In this document: one piece after another, positions 51,925-64,000 of the stretch
How the letters are laid out: every line of letters begins with the position of its first letter
How positions within the stretch are numbered: the stretch's first letter is position 1
Origin: Trichinella spiralis
Taxonomy: Eukaryota
DNA length: 64,000 bases
Direction: 5' to 3'
Assembly (NCBI RefSeq): GCF_000181795.1
Contig: NW_003526941.1
Coordinates: 7,563,118-7,627,117 of the forward strand
The notes under the pieces: generated by a model
Told to the model about the DNA's origin: nothing
What the model saw: only the letters and a program-made list of their open reading frames with translations
The model's database searches: none
Program-made: the position numbers and the translations under genes

Positions 51925-53103
51925 AGTATATACCAGTTCACTCTGCGAGCTCCAACCATCCAACCACAACAACGGCTTTGTATTTCTTCTTCTTCTTCTT
52001 CTTAGCTACATCATGTATATACATTCTCGATCATATATACTACTTACATGTAACATTTTTTAAAATCAATATGCTTGTACAATACATGTACAGATTAGGT
52101 CGTTTCATTGCGTTTGTTTGTTTTTTATCTTGTTGTTATCGAGCGGTGGTTTTATTTTTTATATTATTTTTTGATATCAAACTGAACATGTTTAGCTTAA
52201 ACAACCACGAATACTTTTTTAAGCAAAGCCATCAACACCAACTGCTAGTGTACAAGTTTTTGAAACGTTTTGCAAAGAGCAAAGCGAAAAGATGTTGCAT
52301 TACGATAAAACAAAAAGAGTTGCATTCAAATAAATGTTGTCATGCGATGTTGATGATGCTATTTTTGAAAAGAGCAAAACAGCGAAACTGCGGACTGAAA
52401 AATAACAAGGTAAGATACAGTTTTTAGTACATTTATTGATTTATGCATGATTTTGCTTTCTCCATTGCAAATTCAATCTTTTCAACTTGCTCCTAGACGG
52501 ACTTTTTTGATTGCATTCGTCCGTTTCATTTTTCTTTTCCATTTCTTCGGAAAGCAATAATAAATATTTTGTTCAAGTACATTTTCTTGCAGTCCATTAT
52601 TGTTGTTCTACTGAAAGAATTTTCCAAATTCGTCATGTCATTCATATTCATGCAATTTTACTACTCTTTTATTGTATCTTTTCTTATTCAACGTTTTCCT
52701 GCTTTCTGTTCAACGCTCTTATAACAAGATTGAATCAATATTTATGCAAATTTATTAACAATTGAAGTTTTTTTATCAAATTGATGACAAGTTAAATTTT
52801 AAGAAATTTTTCATTACGAAAAATTATCAACAAGATTTTGTCAACCGGTCAATAGGTCAATAATGATCAATATTTGGAAAAGAACCACAAAAAAGTGTAA
52901 AGCGAGTGCATTTTATTGTTAATGTGAAACCACATGCCAAAGAGAAAACCTGCAAGTACAAACAAGAAAACAATACTTTTTCCACGCAGTTGCCTGTTTG
53001 CTCGTAAATTTCATTCTCTCTTTCCACTTCAACAGCGACTACGAAAACTTTAAAATGTAAGCTTACTTCTGATTGATGTTATTATTTTTCATTCATATCA
53101 GTC

Positions 53104-55448
53104 ATGATTGTGCAAAGTTTGATTTACGTTGTTGCGTCTGTTTTCCAATTTCAGGTACAACTTTCCAATTCAGAGGTGTATATCTCTACCTCTGATGAGG
53201 ATAATCAAAAAAATTCGACTGATAAATATTCACCGGCACAAAACAACAGCACATGGACAGAAATTTTTATCATTGATATGGACGAAAAGTTCTCCTATTT
53301 GGGAATGACTTGCCAGAACAACTCGACCTGTGCAAGCATTCCAAACTCATATTGTACAGATAAATTTACTTGTCAGTGTCGACCAAATTTTTTACCACGT
53401 TCCAACAGCGCTTGTATACTAGGTAATTTGAAGAAATTTCATTTTAAGTTTAAATTTTTTTTCCAATATAATTTTCTGTAGCTCCAACATATGGTCAAAT
53501 TTGTTCTCCCGAACTGTCAACATTTGCATGCCGTCCACCATTTGTATGCAATTCAAACAGCCTTTGCGACTGCCCTCAGTCGCATGAGGTCTTTGCATAT
53601 GGTTGCTTGAAACGTACGTTCATTCATTCATTCATTCATTCATATTGGATTCGTTTTGTTGACATTTTAACTCGAAAAATCTTTATTTCTTTCTATTAAA
53701 AGGCTGTCAACCTGGCTACGTGGCAGTGAAAGAAAAATGTTTCAAAGGTAACGTATAAGTGAACTTCTTATAGAATCAAAATTTTCGTTCAGAACAAAGA
53801 AAATCTTTAGTCGAAGTGTATTTATTACTTTTACTTTGTGCAACACTTAATATCAAAAATGCAATGTTTGAGGAAAGCAGCTAAATGAGAGTTGCGAAGT
53901 AAAAGGCCAGTGTTTGTGCAACTATTGCAATTGCAAAGAGGGCACTTGTCAGTGTATCGAAGGTGCGGAATCGAAGCACAATCTTTGCACATACAGCGGT
54001 ATTTTATATCAATAACGATATTGTAAACTGTTATTTTAAAAATAAGCCCTAATAATTAATACAATAGGAAATTCATGTCTAATTGGCCAACCTGCAGTGG
54101 ATGAAAATTTTCAACTTCTGCGTTGCAGTCCAACTGATGATTGTCCAGAGCATTACATTTGTACTGCTACAAATGAAACGGGCATATGTTGTCCAGGTAA
54201 TGTGACATTTGCTACTGATTTTCATTCATTTTTCTAAACTAGAATAATTCACACACGCACACACACACTTTATAAAATTGCAGCAATCAACTGTCCAGTA
54301 GGAGAAGCGCTTTTGAATTACAGCTGCCATAACTGCCCTTCTGAAACGCATTTCTGTCACGTCACTACATTTGGAGTCAATGATATGTCATTGTGTTGCC
54401 CGAAAGGTTTGATAAACTTTCACATTGTGATTCAATAGAATTCAGCATAGAACTTTTAGCTTGTCCATCAAAAACACCTGTTTATGTTGGGGGAAAATGT
54501 TTTCCAAGTAAGGTTTATTTGTGTTCGAAATTAGTATTCTATTCACGTTCGTGTAATTTTATTATTGTATTGCTAAATGCTTGTCGCAATTTGTGCAGCT
54601 AGAATGTTTGGACAAAGCTGTGAACACACAATGCAATGTTCAACTTGGGATGCAATTTGTGAAATCGATGCTGATCATGTTAAAAAGTGCCTTTGCAAGG
54701 AAAAGAAATACAATAGTAACATCAACGCATGTGTTCGTGGTAAGTGCATTTTGAAATGCTTGCAACTAGCCTAATCTATAAACGCTTTTCCAAAAATTTC
54801 CTCAGAAGCACAACTAGGTGATTCGTGTAATATAACAGAAGAATGTGTGGAAAATGCAAATATTATCTGTTTGGACGGAAGATGTCAGTGTTATCCTGGC
54901 TATATTGCGCAGCCTGTTCGACAAAACAAATCCGAAGCTTCAAGTTGTTGTATTTTAAGTGAGTTTCGGTCTTTTCAGAATATCATTTTTCAAATTTTCC
55001 AAACTCTAGAACCAGTATGCCCAACAAAGAACGGTTTTCAATATTTGGATCACTTTGTTTTTTGTGAATTTGACGACAATCAGTGCTCTACCAACGAATA
55101 TTGCCGAATAAATGAAATGAGACCAAACGAAACAATTTCTGTGTGTTGTCCAAAGCCAAGTAAGTTTGAGTGGATTTATTCTATTTTAATTTCCAATCAT
55201 GCAGTCACTCCAATCATTAAGCATTGGAAGATTTTGAAGCACTGTGCGCCTACTGGCGCATGCATTTGTACTACGAAAACGAAGAAGAAAAAGAAATATT
55301 TCACTGTACGTTGCAGCATTTCGACGACACTGTCCTCCGGAGGCAAAAAAACGTCTACGCCTCATGCCCACCAGGTTCACACTGCATTTGGAATTATTAT
55401 AATTCAAGTAACCTAAACGATGGTTTATGTTGTACCGTACTTGTGTAA
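53104..55448 (+). CDS. Putative secreted cysteine-rich protein with EB-like and Lustrin/WR1-like Cys modules, ~530 aa, 11 exons
   Basis: Exons 53104-53422, 53482-53613, 53703-53747, 53873-53998, 54068-54196, 54284-54406, 54460-54507, 54599-54739, 54806-54958, 55010-55159 and 55222-55448 are in frame (1593 nt). It has a hydrophobic N-terminus (MIVQSLIYVVASVF), repeated modules such as LGMTCQNNSTC..IPNSYC..CQCRPNF, FGQSCEHTMQC, LGDSCNITEEC..CLDGRCQCYPGY, CPEHYIC..GICCP and CPPGSHC..GLCC, and many N-x-S/T sequons. Confidence 0.85.
53619..53643. repeat. (TTCA)6 microsatellite in intron 2 of the Cys-rich gene
   Basis: Direct reading. Confidence 0.9.
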
Positions 55449-57729
55449 AACGGAATAACATCACACATTCTCCATATGAATTGTGAATTTTCAAACTTGT
55501 ATTTGAAGCTTTTTCTCTAATCTTCTTCTAGTGCTTTTTTGTTTCCAACGAAACTATGTGTTTGCGTAACACCAGTAGACAGATGTTTTTTTGAATGGTA
55601 AAACAATACCAGAGGTATGAAATTAGACATATTTTTTATACGATGATGGTTTATTTGTTTAAACTTAACGGTGATGAATTTGTTTTCAAATTTAATACAG
55701 TACATGGTAGTTTATTCTTTTTATCATTAATTGAGCAAGACCATGGTTTGCCCTTGCAATTTAAAGATATCACGTCAGAATTGTTTGTTTTGCGGTCGAT
55801 TGTATTGTTGTTCGCTCTACTCTATGCAAATTCTTTCATGATAAATAAGTGATTTGTTGAGGAACGTTAGCACGCATTGTTAGTGTACTAATCTATGTTT
55901 GAAAGTATCCCGGAAAGTAAATGTGAAAAATATGAAGAAAATTTTATTCACTGAATGAGCGTTACTCGTATGTTTTGCCGATTTGTTTCTTTTGCACGTA
56001 GTAACTTTAGTTATTTTCTGTATACATATACATATATAAATGTTACTCTAATTCAGGTTGCAGTACATATATTTTTGCGTATTTGAAGTTGTAGCACGTT
56101 CTCAATTTTGTGCTGTAAACATTACTGGTGGTGAAATTTTTATACCTTTCTTTTTCGTTCTTCTCATGGGATCGTCGACATCATTCATCATTACGTAAGT
56201 AATATAAAAATTTATTGTTCTTTATGCCTTTACTATTATGAAAAACCATAATTTTGAACAAACGCTCCGTACAATATCTATTTGGCTGTGTTATTTCTAT
56301 CTCTTCGACATCTTTTATGAACACCGGGTTTTCAATTCAACAATTCATTAGTACAATCAGCTTTTCATGTATGAGGAAACCACAGTACAGGTTTCAAAAA
56401 TAGTATCTTATGAGATTTCCGGCAGAGCCATTCCTACTTTCCTATTTGCAATTCAAATCTTTTTGCAGTGACCATTCTTCAAATGTCGCTTTTGAAACAA
56501 TCAATAATGAATGAACAGAAACTGTGATAAGGCTAATTGCAGAAATGCATATGCAGAAATTTACTGTGCTTTCTCAAGAAGAAACCTTTTACAGCTTGCC
56601 ATCAAATACTTCATTAAATAAATTAAAAATTCAAATTCATAAGAAATAAATTAAGCGCTGAAATCAAATTTTCATTATATTTTATCAAGGTATCTAACGT
56701 GTAAATTGGAACCGTGCAGTCGACATTCATACTCTAACATTTTATCGTTAATGTATCATTACTGAGCCAATGAAAGAAAAATTCACCATTTCACAGTAAA
56801 ATACAGTGATCAATTTTATTCCAATGATAAAACTTGATAAAGTAATTAATGTAATTTTATTATTTAAATTATTTTAGATAAAAAGGAAAAATACACGTCT
56901 AAAAAATATTGCCTGATTTGATTTGATGATTAATTATGAGAAAGTGGATTGTGAATATTTCAAAAATACGGTAGTAGGGTTGGTGGAATGTAATTTTCAC
57001 TTTAGCGCTATTAACAACTGTTGATTTTTGAAGCGGTTTTTGCTCAGTTAGTTCTTTGCATGGGAAAAATTCAATTTCATAATTGTTGCCCAAGTTTGTG
57101 CTTGTAGAACGTGAGGCAATTTGATTCGACTCGCGACTTGTGAGCTAATCATTTCGCAAAGTTGCCATTGCTCAGTTGATTAGCTTGTTCAGTTTTTGAA
57201 GAAACAAACGCTTTTCTCAGTTAGCAGATGTAGAAGAACAAATTTGCCACAGTGCTAGGCAAGAACTGATCAATTGGACAATAATTGAACGTAAGGAATT
57301 TTTACAAAATGCTCTGATTTGCGGATGACAAATCAGGCTTGTCGTCTGGATGTCGGTTTCTGCGAGCTGGTCAGCGTTTCAAATAGCCAACGGCAGCTTT
57401 TGCAAATCGCCAACGCGGACAAGTAGGGCGGCATCGATTGGTTCAACGCAAACGGCAGCAAATTCAATCAAATGGGCGAAAAGCGCATGATTGGGGAGTC
57501 GATAAGCAGCACAGCAGCGGCGGCAGCAGCAGTAGCAGTAGCAGTAACAGCATTAGTTAGCATTAGCTTTATAGCAGAAACAGCGGCTCCGGCAGAGAGG
57601 AAAAAGAAATTCATAGCCAGGCAAGACAAGCACAAACTGACTGACAAGAGATAGACAGATAGAAAGTTGAGTGAAAAAAAATTATCTGCTTTTTTCTTGT
57701 TGCTTTACATCTGCTTCGGTGATTTGATT

Positions 57730-58608
57730 ATGGTGGTGAGCTTTTCTACGTTGTTCCATTCGTTGCCGAAATGGCGTCCGGGGCGACGACGCCAGCAAAA
57801 ATGGACCCCAAAGCTTTCGAAAGATGAACAACAACTGGACTGGCAATATCCCTGGCTGGAGGCAGCTTGTCAAAACACTGTCGAAACTAATCGTTCAGCG
57901 TGGCCTCGACAAATGAACCACCTTTGGCCGTTTGAACAGAAATTATACGATCCGTTGTACAACGCTTCGATGACAGGAAGTGTGACAAGTTACCGTTCGA
58001 CAATAAGAACAAATCCATGGGTGAGTCCAAAAATTGTTAAAGGAGAACCTGCACCACTTTTGACTGCAAAACAGGCTGGTTCCAGTTCAGAACGGTCCTC
58101 CGGATATGGAAGCAATGATTCAAGTCCTGCTTGTAGTGTTCATTCGCCCAACTGGATTGTACCTCCTCCTCAGGAAGATGTTGCTTTACAGTGCAGTATG
58201 TATGAAGACAAAGCAGTGGACTGCAATGAATTAGATTTTGCTGAATATTACAATGAAGAAGATGAAGATGAAGATGAAGATGTAGAAGATGACGATGAGG
58301 ATATAAATTATGATGATGTAGAAGACAAAATAGCTGGTAATAATTTAGTAGGAAAATGTGGTGATAAGTTTGAAAAAAATGAAATGGACAAAATCGTGCA
58401 AAATCACGACACATTTGATAAAGTGCGCAATTGTGACAAAAGAGGTTCCACGAATTCAAATATTATGCAACAGTTGAATGAAAAATTACTACAAAACGCA
58501 ATTCAGCGCGTTCGGCAAAAAAGAATTCAGAAATTCTACCCTGAAGCTTCACCACTATGCCGAAATCCCGTCAATTTTACTCTTACCACATTTGAAATCT
58601 TTCTCTAA
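57730..58608 (+). CDS. Single-exon hypothetical protein (~292 aa from the first ATG), largely disordered, Ser-rich with an acidic tract
   Basis: The 942-nt open frame (57667-58608) is very long for AT-rich DNA, is raised in GC and has protein-like composition (SSSERSSGYGSNDSSP, poly-D/E from GAA/GAT repeats). No family recognised. Confidence 0.7.
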   Translation: MVVSFSTLFHSLPKWRPGRRRQQKWTPKLSKDEQQLDWQYPWLEAACQNTVETNRSAWPRQMNHLWPFEQKLYDPLYNASMTGSVTSYRSTIRTNPWVSPKIVKGEPAPLLTAKQAGSSSERSSGYGSNDSSPACSVHSPNWIVPPPQEDVALQCSMYEDKAVDCNELDFAEYYNEEDEDEDEDVEDDDEDINYDDVEDKIAGNNLVGKCGDKFEKNEMDKIVQNHDTFDKVRNCDKRGSTNSNIMQQLNEKLLQNAIQRVRQKRIQKFYPEASPLCRNPVNFTLTTFEIFL

Positions 58609-61130
58609 TCTGTAAGTTGCACGTGTTCAGCTTATTTTAATAATTAAAAATTCAATAACAGAATGAACAATTTTTTGCATCATAAATTGTTAGGCTATTT
58701 TTTTCATTCAATTTTATTCAGTATATCATCGAAGTTAACTGAACTTAATAATTATCAGTCAACCAACCATTGATTTCTTTTTCTTATCCTTTTTTCTCCT
58801 TGTGGTTATTGATAAGATTGGTTATTATTCTTTTTATTAATGATTTTTTATTAGTCTAAAATGATTTATCACAACAAATTTTTATTATTTTCTATTCCTT
58901 ATACGGAAATGGTTTTCAGTTTGAACTCAACCTGATGAGAATTAAGTTTTTCATTTCCTATTTACTTCCCAGGAAAAAAGTACATACTGAATAAATGGCA
59001 GTTTTTTATTGGAATATTTTAGAAATCAGAAGCCACTAATCAGAGTAATTTAAAGCTATTACAACAAGCAAATATTGTTATTTTTTTAGTTATGCTTTTT
59101 AATATGTTACGTTAACTAACAGCTACTGACACTGTCAGTGAAAGAGGTACAATTAAAATAAATAATTATTTATTTAACATGCGAAATTTGAACAAGCTAT
59201 GTATGTATACAATGAAGCATTATTATTCTACTCTTTCAGTTATAGATATTTCATTATTATTTATATTACTGTTATTATTATTATTATTAAATAAATAACT
59301 ATTTGATTACAAAATTTAAGAAATTGCTTGAAAGAAATAGGAGAGAAAAAAAAATAAAACAAGTTTAGGCTCAAATTATTGCTTAAATGCAAAGGAAGAA
59401 AACCTTTCAGCTTAAAAATTATAGATCAATAATTTCAAAATTCTTTTATTCGTTTATTCATTTTTTTTCACATGCCGATCTCCTGCAGATAGTTGGAAAG
59501 CTATTGCATTTAGGGATTAGCCGAGGCATTCTATATCATATATTAGCTAGCTATAGATAGATAAAGCTGGTCATTAGAGGGTCATTGTTCGAAGAGATGT
59601 CGATTCGATTGCATCACCAAAAACTAGCGGGAGTCTGCAAAGCTGAACTGACAAGCAAGCTTTCAGACTTAGTATACTAGGGTCGATCAGCTTCAGCGTT
59701 CTGGGACTTAGCTGTGTTTGCATGCAGTTGGTGAATTCCACTCAATGTGAATGCCGATAATGATGCTGCTTATCGAACATTGAACATGTGTCTGAGGTTG
59801 TTAGTCTCTGCTGGCCTATCCCTGAGAGAACGGATGCCGATCCAATGCTCAATGAGACCAACGAGCTTGCATTTACACCAACTAACACGCTTACGCACCA
59901 ACAGACTGCAATTAGGCCCAATGCAAATTGTATACATACATACTTACATGCATACTTGTTCGACAGCCCTGATTGACCATTACTGAAATATTCCCCGTTG
60001 ATTGCTCACAAACTGCAATTGTGACATGTAAAATGCATTTTACACTTGTAGCAGTTTAATAGGTGATAAAAAAAATTGCATTTTATACATCAGTGTTAAA
60101 TTCATACATTTGTGAAATAAATACAAAGAATGCATCCAATAATGAAAGTAAAGATTTTGTGTAAAAATTTCAGTCAATAATAATTACTTGCTTTGCAGTT
60201 TAGCAATAATGAATGCATGTCACACTATTATTGTATATAATTGTATGGAAATTATCACTCATAATAAAATAAAATAAAATAAAAAAATGACTCAATAATA
60301 ACACTAACTAATAATTGTAGTAAGTAAATAATAATAATTAGACTGATAATAAATACTGCATTAAATAAAATAAACTTTCAAACTCTATTTATATCATTTG
60401 AAATGAATAAATGAAAACTGAAATTTATTATTAATAATAATGTTTGTATTGAAAATAATTGATTATGCTCTAGAAAAGTGTAAAATTTTGAAAACAATTC
60501 ATACATATTATTGTTTCAATTTTCTCAGCTAATTAGCTTCCTAATTATGATAATCAATTGTTATCATAATAGTAATTGGTACTCATATGAGAAACGGTAC
60601 ATTCATTAGAAATAGGATGAACAATTTCAACGTGTCAGTTTTTACAACTTCAAATCGAGATTTCAGAAGAAGATTTAAAATTTATCAAGCCTATTTGTTG
60701 CATATGCATGCGTTCTTATTCAGTCGACTAATTCTGACAAAACGTACACAAAAAAATAATACTGATTTCAAAGAAACTGAACTGATTACTTTTTTAATAT
60801 TTTAATTATTTTTGATGATTTTCATATTATTTTCAGAACAAAAAGCATCGATTTCGAAGTACAAATTTTAATTTCAAAAGTTAAACATATGAAACAAAAA
60901 TAAACAAATAAACAATAAGCAGAACTTTCTCGATAAAATCATACATTGAACACTTCCTCACTCGCTCTCCCCTTCCGATGTATTTTTCTATAAATATCTG
61001 TTTTTTATTAAAATTTCAAATGATCAGTTTCGTAATAATGAAAAATAATTGATTTTATCCACTGCAAACATGGCAAAATATTTTAAATAAATGGATACAC
61101 ACAACATAGTAAACATCCCGCTGATTTGGC

Positions 61131-61502
61131 ATGGGCGAAGATGCGCAACAGCAAGCCATTGATCTCGAACAGACACAGACTCTCAGCGGTAGCCAGACAG
61201 ACCGTCGCAAACAGCACAAGTGGGCAGCTGACCTCTGCCCGAGGCATTCGAGCCTCAATATGCCTTCAATAAGAATAACTAATTCGTCGGAGAATGGAAA
61301 GGAGCCAGAATGGAAAGAGCACTCGGAAACGGAAAACAATTACCGAACGCCCAGCGGATTAAGGCTTCTAGCCCCAACCAGATCCATCGCTTCTACATCT
61401 TCATCAAGCAAAACAAACATCACCACGACCATTTTATATCAAAAACAAACAAACAACATTCATTACATTTCTAGTAAACATCTAGTAAGCAACAATAAAT
61501 AA
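61131..61502 (+). CDS. Possible small single-exon hydrophilic protein (123 aa) containing PSIRIT
   Basis: ATG-initiated ORF in a GC-elevated island with an in-frame stop just upstream. It is hydrophilic and disordered-looking, with AATAAA motifs at and after the stop. No family recognised. Confidence 0.4.
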   Translation: MGEDAQQQAIDLEQTQTLSGSQTDRRKQHKWAADLCPRHSSLNMPSIRITNSSENGKEPEWKEHSETENNYRTPSGLRLLAPTRSIASTSSSSKTNITTTILYQKQTNNIHYISSKHLVSNNK

Positions 61503-64000
61503 ATAATAAATACACTCAAGTGAAATTCAATTAACTACGGTATGACTTTCGAAATATAAAAGCAATGATAAAATAATGCACAAATAAATTCACATGAAAA
61601 GCGTGCAATATTTTGTAATATTGTTCCCCAATGTTCAAAACACTTCAGAAGAATTATTGACCGATCGTACTTTTATGTCAACAGAAATTAAATTTTGAAA
61701 CTGAATAAAGGAAATGACGTCAAAGGCTAACTGCTGAGGGAAATGCGCAATTTGATTGGTCAATTAATATCTTTAATTCGGCCTCAAAATCAGCAAAGCC
61801 TTCTTTCTGTTTTTCGTCATTTTCCGTATGCCTTTCGTCTGTGCTACTCTCAGTTGTTCTCTCTCAGTCTCCCTCTCTCTCTCTCCTGCTGAGCTAATGT
61901 TGGTCAGTGTTTGTCATTTTCTTCTATACACTGCTCTTATTTCTTTAAATGTAATATTCGGCGATTATTATACTTATTATTGAATATTGTATGAATTATT
62001 GTACAATAAATTGTTGTCATATGCGTAAGTATATTTTGTTGTGCTCTTTAATGTTATCAATTTTTTAAAAAAGGGAATATTTAGACATTCTTCAGATCAG
62101 GTTAAAGCATCTCACAAACAATTCAAATTTAAAAAATATTAATTAACAAAGACACACAAATGAGATCAAAGACATTGGTTAGTCAGTCGAAGGTGTTAAT
62201 TGAAAGTCCTCTATCAAAAAGAAATACTGACGACAAAAATTTCGATCATTTATTTGCATGATTAATGGACATTTACAAATTTTCACTTTATGAAAATTGC
62301 ATGCAAATCAGTCTCCACTATGAGCTTACGAATAATCATGAAGCATTAGATGCTGTATGAGAAATGTAATTTCAGTGATAATTCAATTGACAGAAAATAG
62401 AAAGTTTTGTTTTATAGAAAAATATCTAAATAATAAGTATACATGGCATGTAATTTTCACGCATATTTTCTACATCGTCATCAGCTGTTTAAACTTATTT
62501 AAACGTCATTTTTAAGTTATTTAGGAATTAATGGTTATTCAATGTGCACTGCTTTTCTGAACGACTCAGCAGTAGCGACAAGGATAACAGGTGGATACTC
62601 TATTTTTGAAAGAATTTCAAATAGATCAGTTGTGAGGGAAAGTCTTTCTATTATGTGTTTGCTACTTTGAAAAAAATGACCTTTCAAAAACTTTTCAAAA
62701 TGCCATCTTCATAGTTATTAATAGCCATTTGCAGAAAATCAGTTACAGAAAATCAGTTTCAAAGTAAGCTGTTTGAAGAACATCAGTCAAAAAGTTTGAT
62801 AAAGTTTCCTGTTGAATATCATCGACAGTTAAAAGGTAAGCAATTTTTACAACTGTACTAACGTTTTCTGTATATATCAATACAGATTACATTTTAGTAG
62901 CAAATTAATGGATTTCAGTTTCGCTGACTATACTTCGTATAAGCACGCTTCATATTGCATGATATTTGTTGCATTTGGGGACTCGAATTTCCTATTATTT
63001 CTTGGCCAATTTCATAAATTTGCCGGAAGATGTGTCAAACAAGCAGGAAATGAACATGAAACATCCGATATACCTATTTTATATTAATTTCTTTTTTTAT
63101 ATTGCACAGCAGATATGAAATTCCAACGTTACTTCGCTTTCACAAAGATTAACATCTGATTGTCCAATCGTATGCTTTGCATATGTTTTATTTCTCAAAA
63201 GACTGTCGATTTAATTTATGGTAAGGTATTCGCTAAAAGTACGTAGTTTCGTGCAATATTTCTATGTATTAGGCAAGTTCATTTTTCTTGATTTTCCGTC
63301 CATTTGCAATCAATTTACAGAAATTGTTTCAGGATGGTTTGAAATAACCATAAAATTTTCCATTTATTAGTTTCCTATTGGTTTATTTCATTTATTCGAT
63401 CAGTAGAATTGAATTTCTCAATCTGTAGCTGTCAACATTTATTAATACCTGAGTGTCTAACGTATGACTTGAATATGTTTGATTTCATGAAATAACAATC
63501 AATTCATTGATTTTTATGCTGTTCATAATCCTAATTATGAATTGAGCTTCTCAACGATACCAAGAATACCGGTGTTTGAATCAGTTCTCGCTCAGGTCAT
63601 CATACTCAATTGATGCTTATGCAAATAGCTTTGAATGTTGTTTTTTGTCAAAATGATTGTTTGCAAATTGTGAAAATATAATAAAATAACAAATTATGAC
63701 AAACTAATTCAGCCACGCATGGCATTTATTCTAATCTTTCAAAATATTTGCATATAAGCTCAGTAGAACAAAAGGCGTGCCCATAGGGAACACAAATGTA
63801 TTATTGAATTCCTTCTTCATATATGGGAACAGTATTGTACAATTATTTATTACAGAAACTAACAATAATACTCAATTGATTATTTAATGAGATATTTAAC
63901 AAAATTGCTTGTTAGTAAACCTGACATTTATAGGGGGAAAGAATGCATGATTCCATGAAAACTGTAAATGAAACGTTTTATTTTGAATAATTCTTATTTC

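Noticed and set aside
51909..52765. Hydrophobic Phe/Ile/Leu-rich ORFs in intergenic DNA (also many similar 60-100 aa ORFs elsewhere)
   Set aside because: Their composition simply reflects T-rich non-coding or UTR sequence, and most start at non-ATG codons.
59785..59845. TGAGGTTGTTAG and TCCCTGAGAG resembling let-7 and lin-4/miR-125 5' ends
   Set aside because: Similarity stops after 6-9 nt and I found no complementary arm forming a hairpin.
1..64000. CRISPR arrays, tRNA/rRNA genes, transposase/RT/integrase ORFs, prokaryote-like operons
   Set aside because: None recognised by eye. The repeats present are microsatellites or isolated short duplications. tRNAscan-SE, Infernal and RepeatModeler would be needed to exclude divergent cases.

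Overview
AT-rich (roughly 30% GC by eye), intron-dense eukaryotic genomic DNA, almost certainly nematode. EB/Cys modules, a che-14/Dispatched gene, 50-100 nt introns and loose 3' splice sites suggest a clade I worm such as Trichinella, which is an inference. Seven spliced genes were reconstructed by reading splice sites and checking frame. On the + strand: a stomatin/band-7 gene, an acidic/basic AT-hook-like nuclear protein, BAG2 (unc-23-like), TRIM9/madd-2, Dispatched/che-14 and a secreted Cys-rich EB-module protein whose ten introns are all phase 1. On the - strand: a Stum/SPEC3-family membrane protein. An eighth gene, valyl-tRNA synthetase (- strand, head-to-head with the AT-hook-like gene), was traced only in part and has an obligatory GC-AG intron. 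Two single-exon orphan ORFs lie near the end of the window, one with a perfect PxIxIT motif. I recognised no rRNA, tRNA, CRISPR array or intact transposon, and found no clearly new multi-gene system. The best leads are CTCF-like motifs and a dispersed 55-bp duplication at the TRIM9 promoter, an intronic pre-miRNA-like hairpin, an intronic G-quadruplex, a furin site in Dispatched formed by splicing, and the orphan ORFs.
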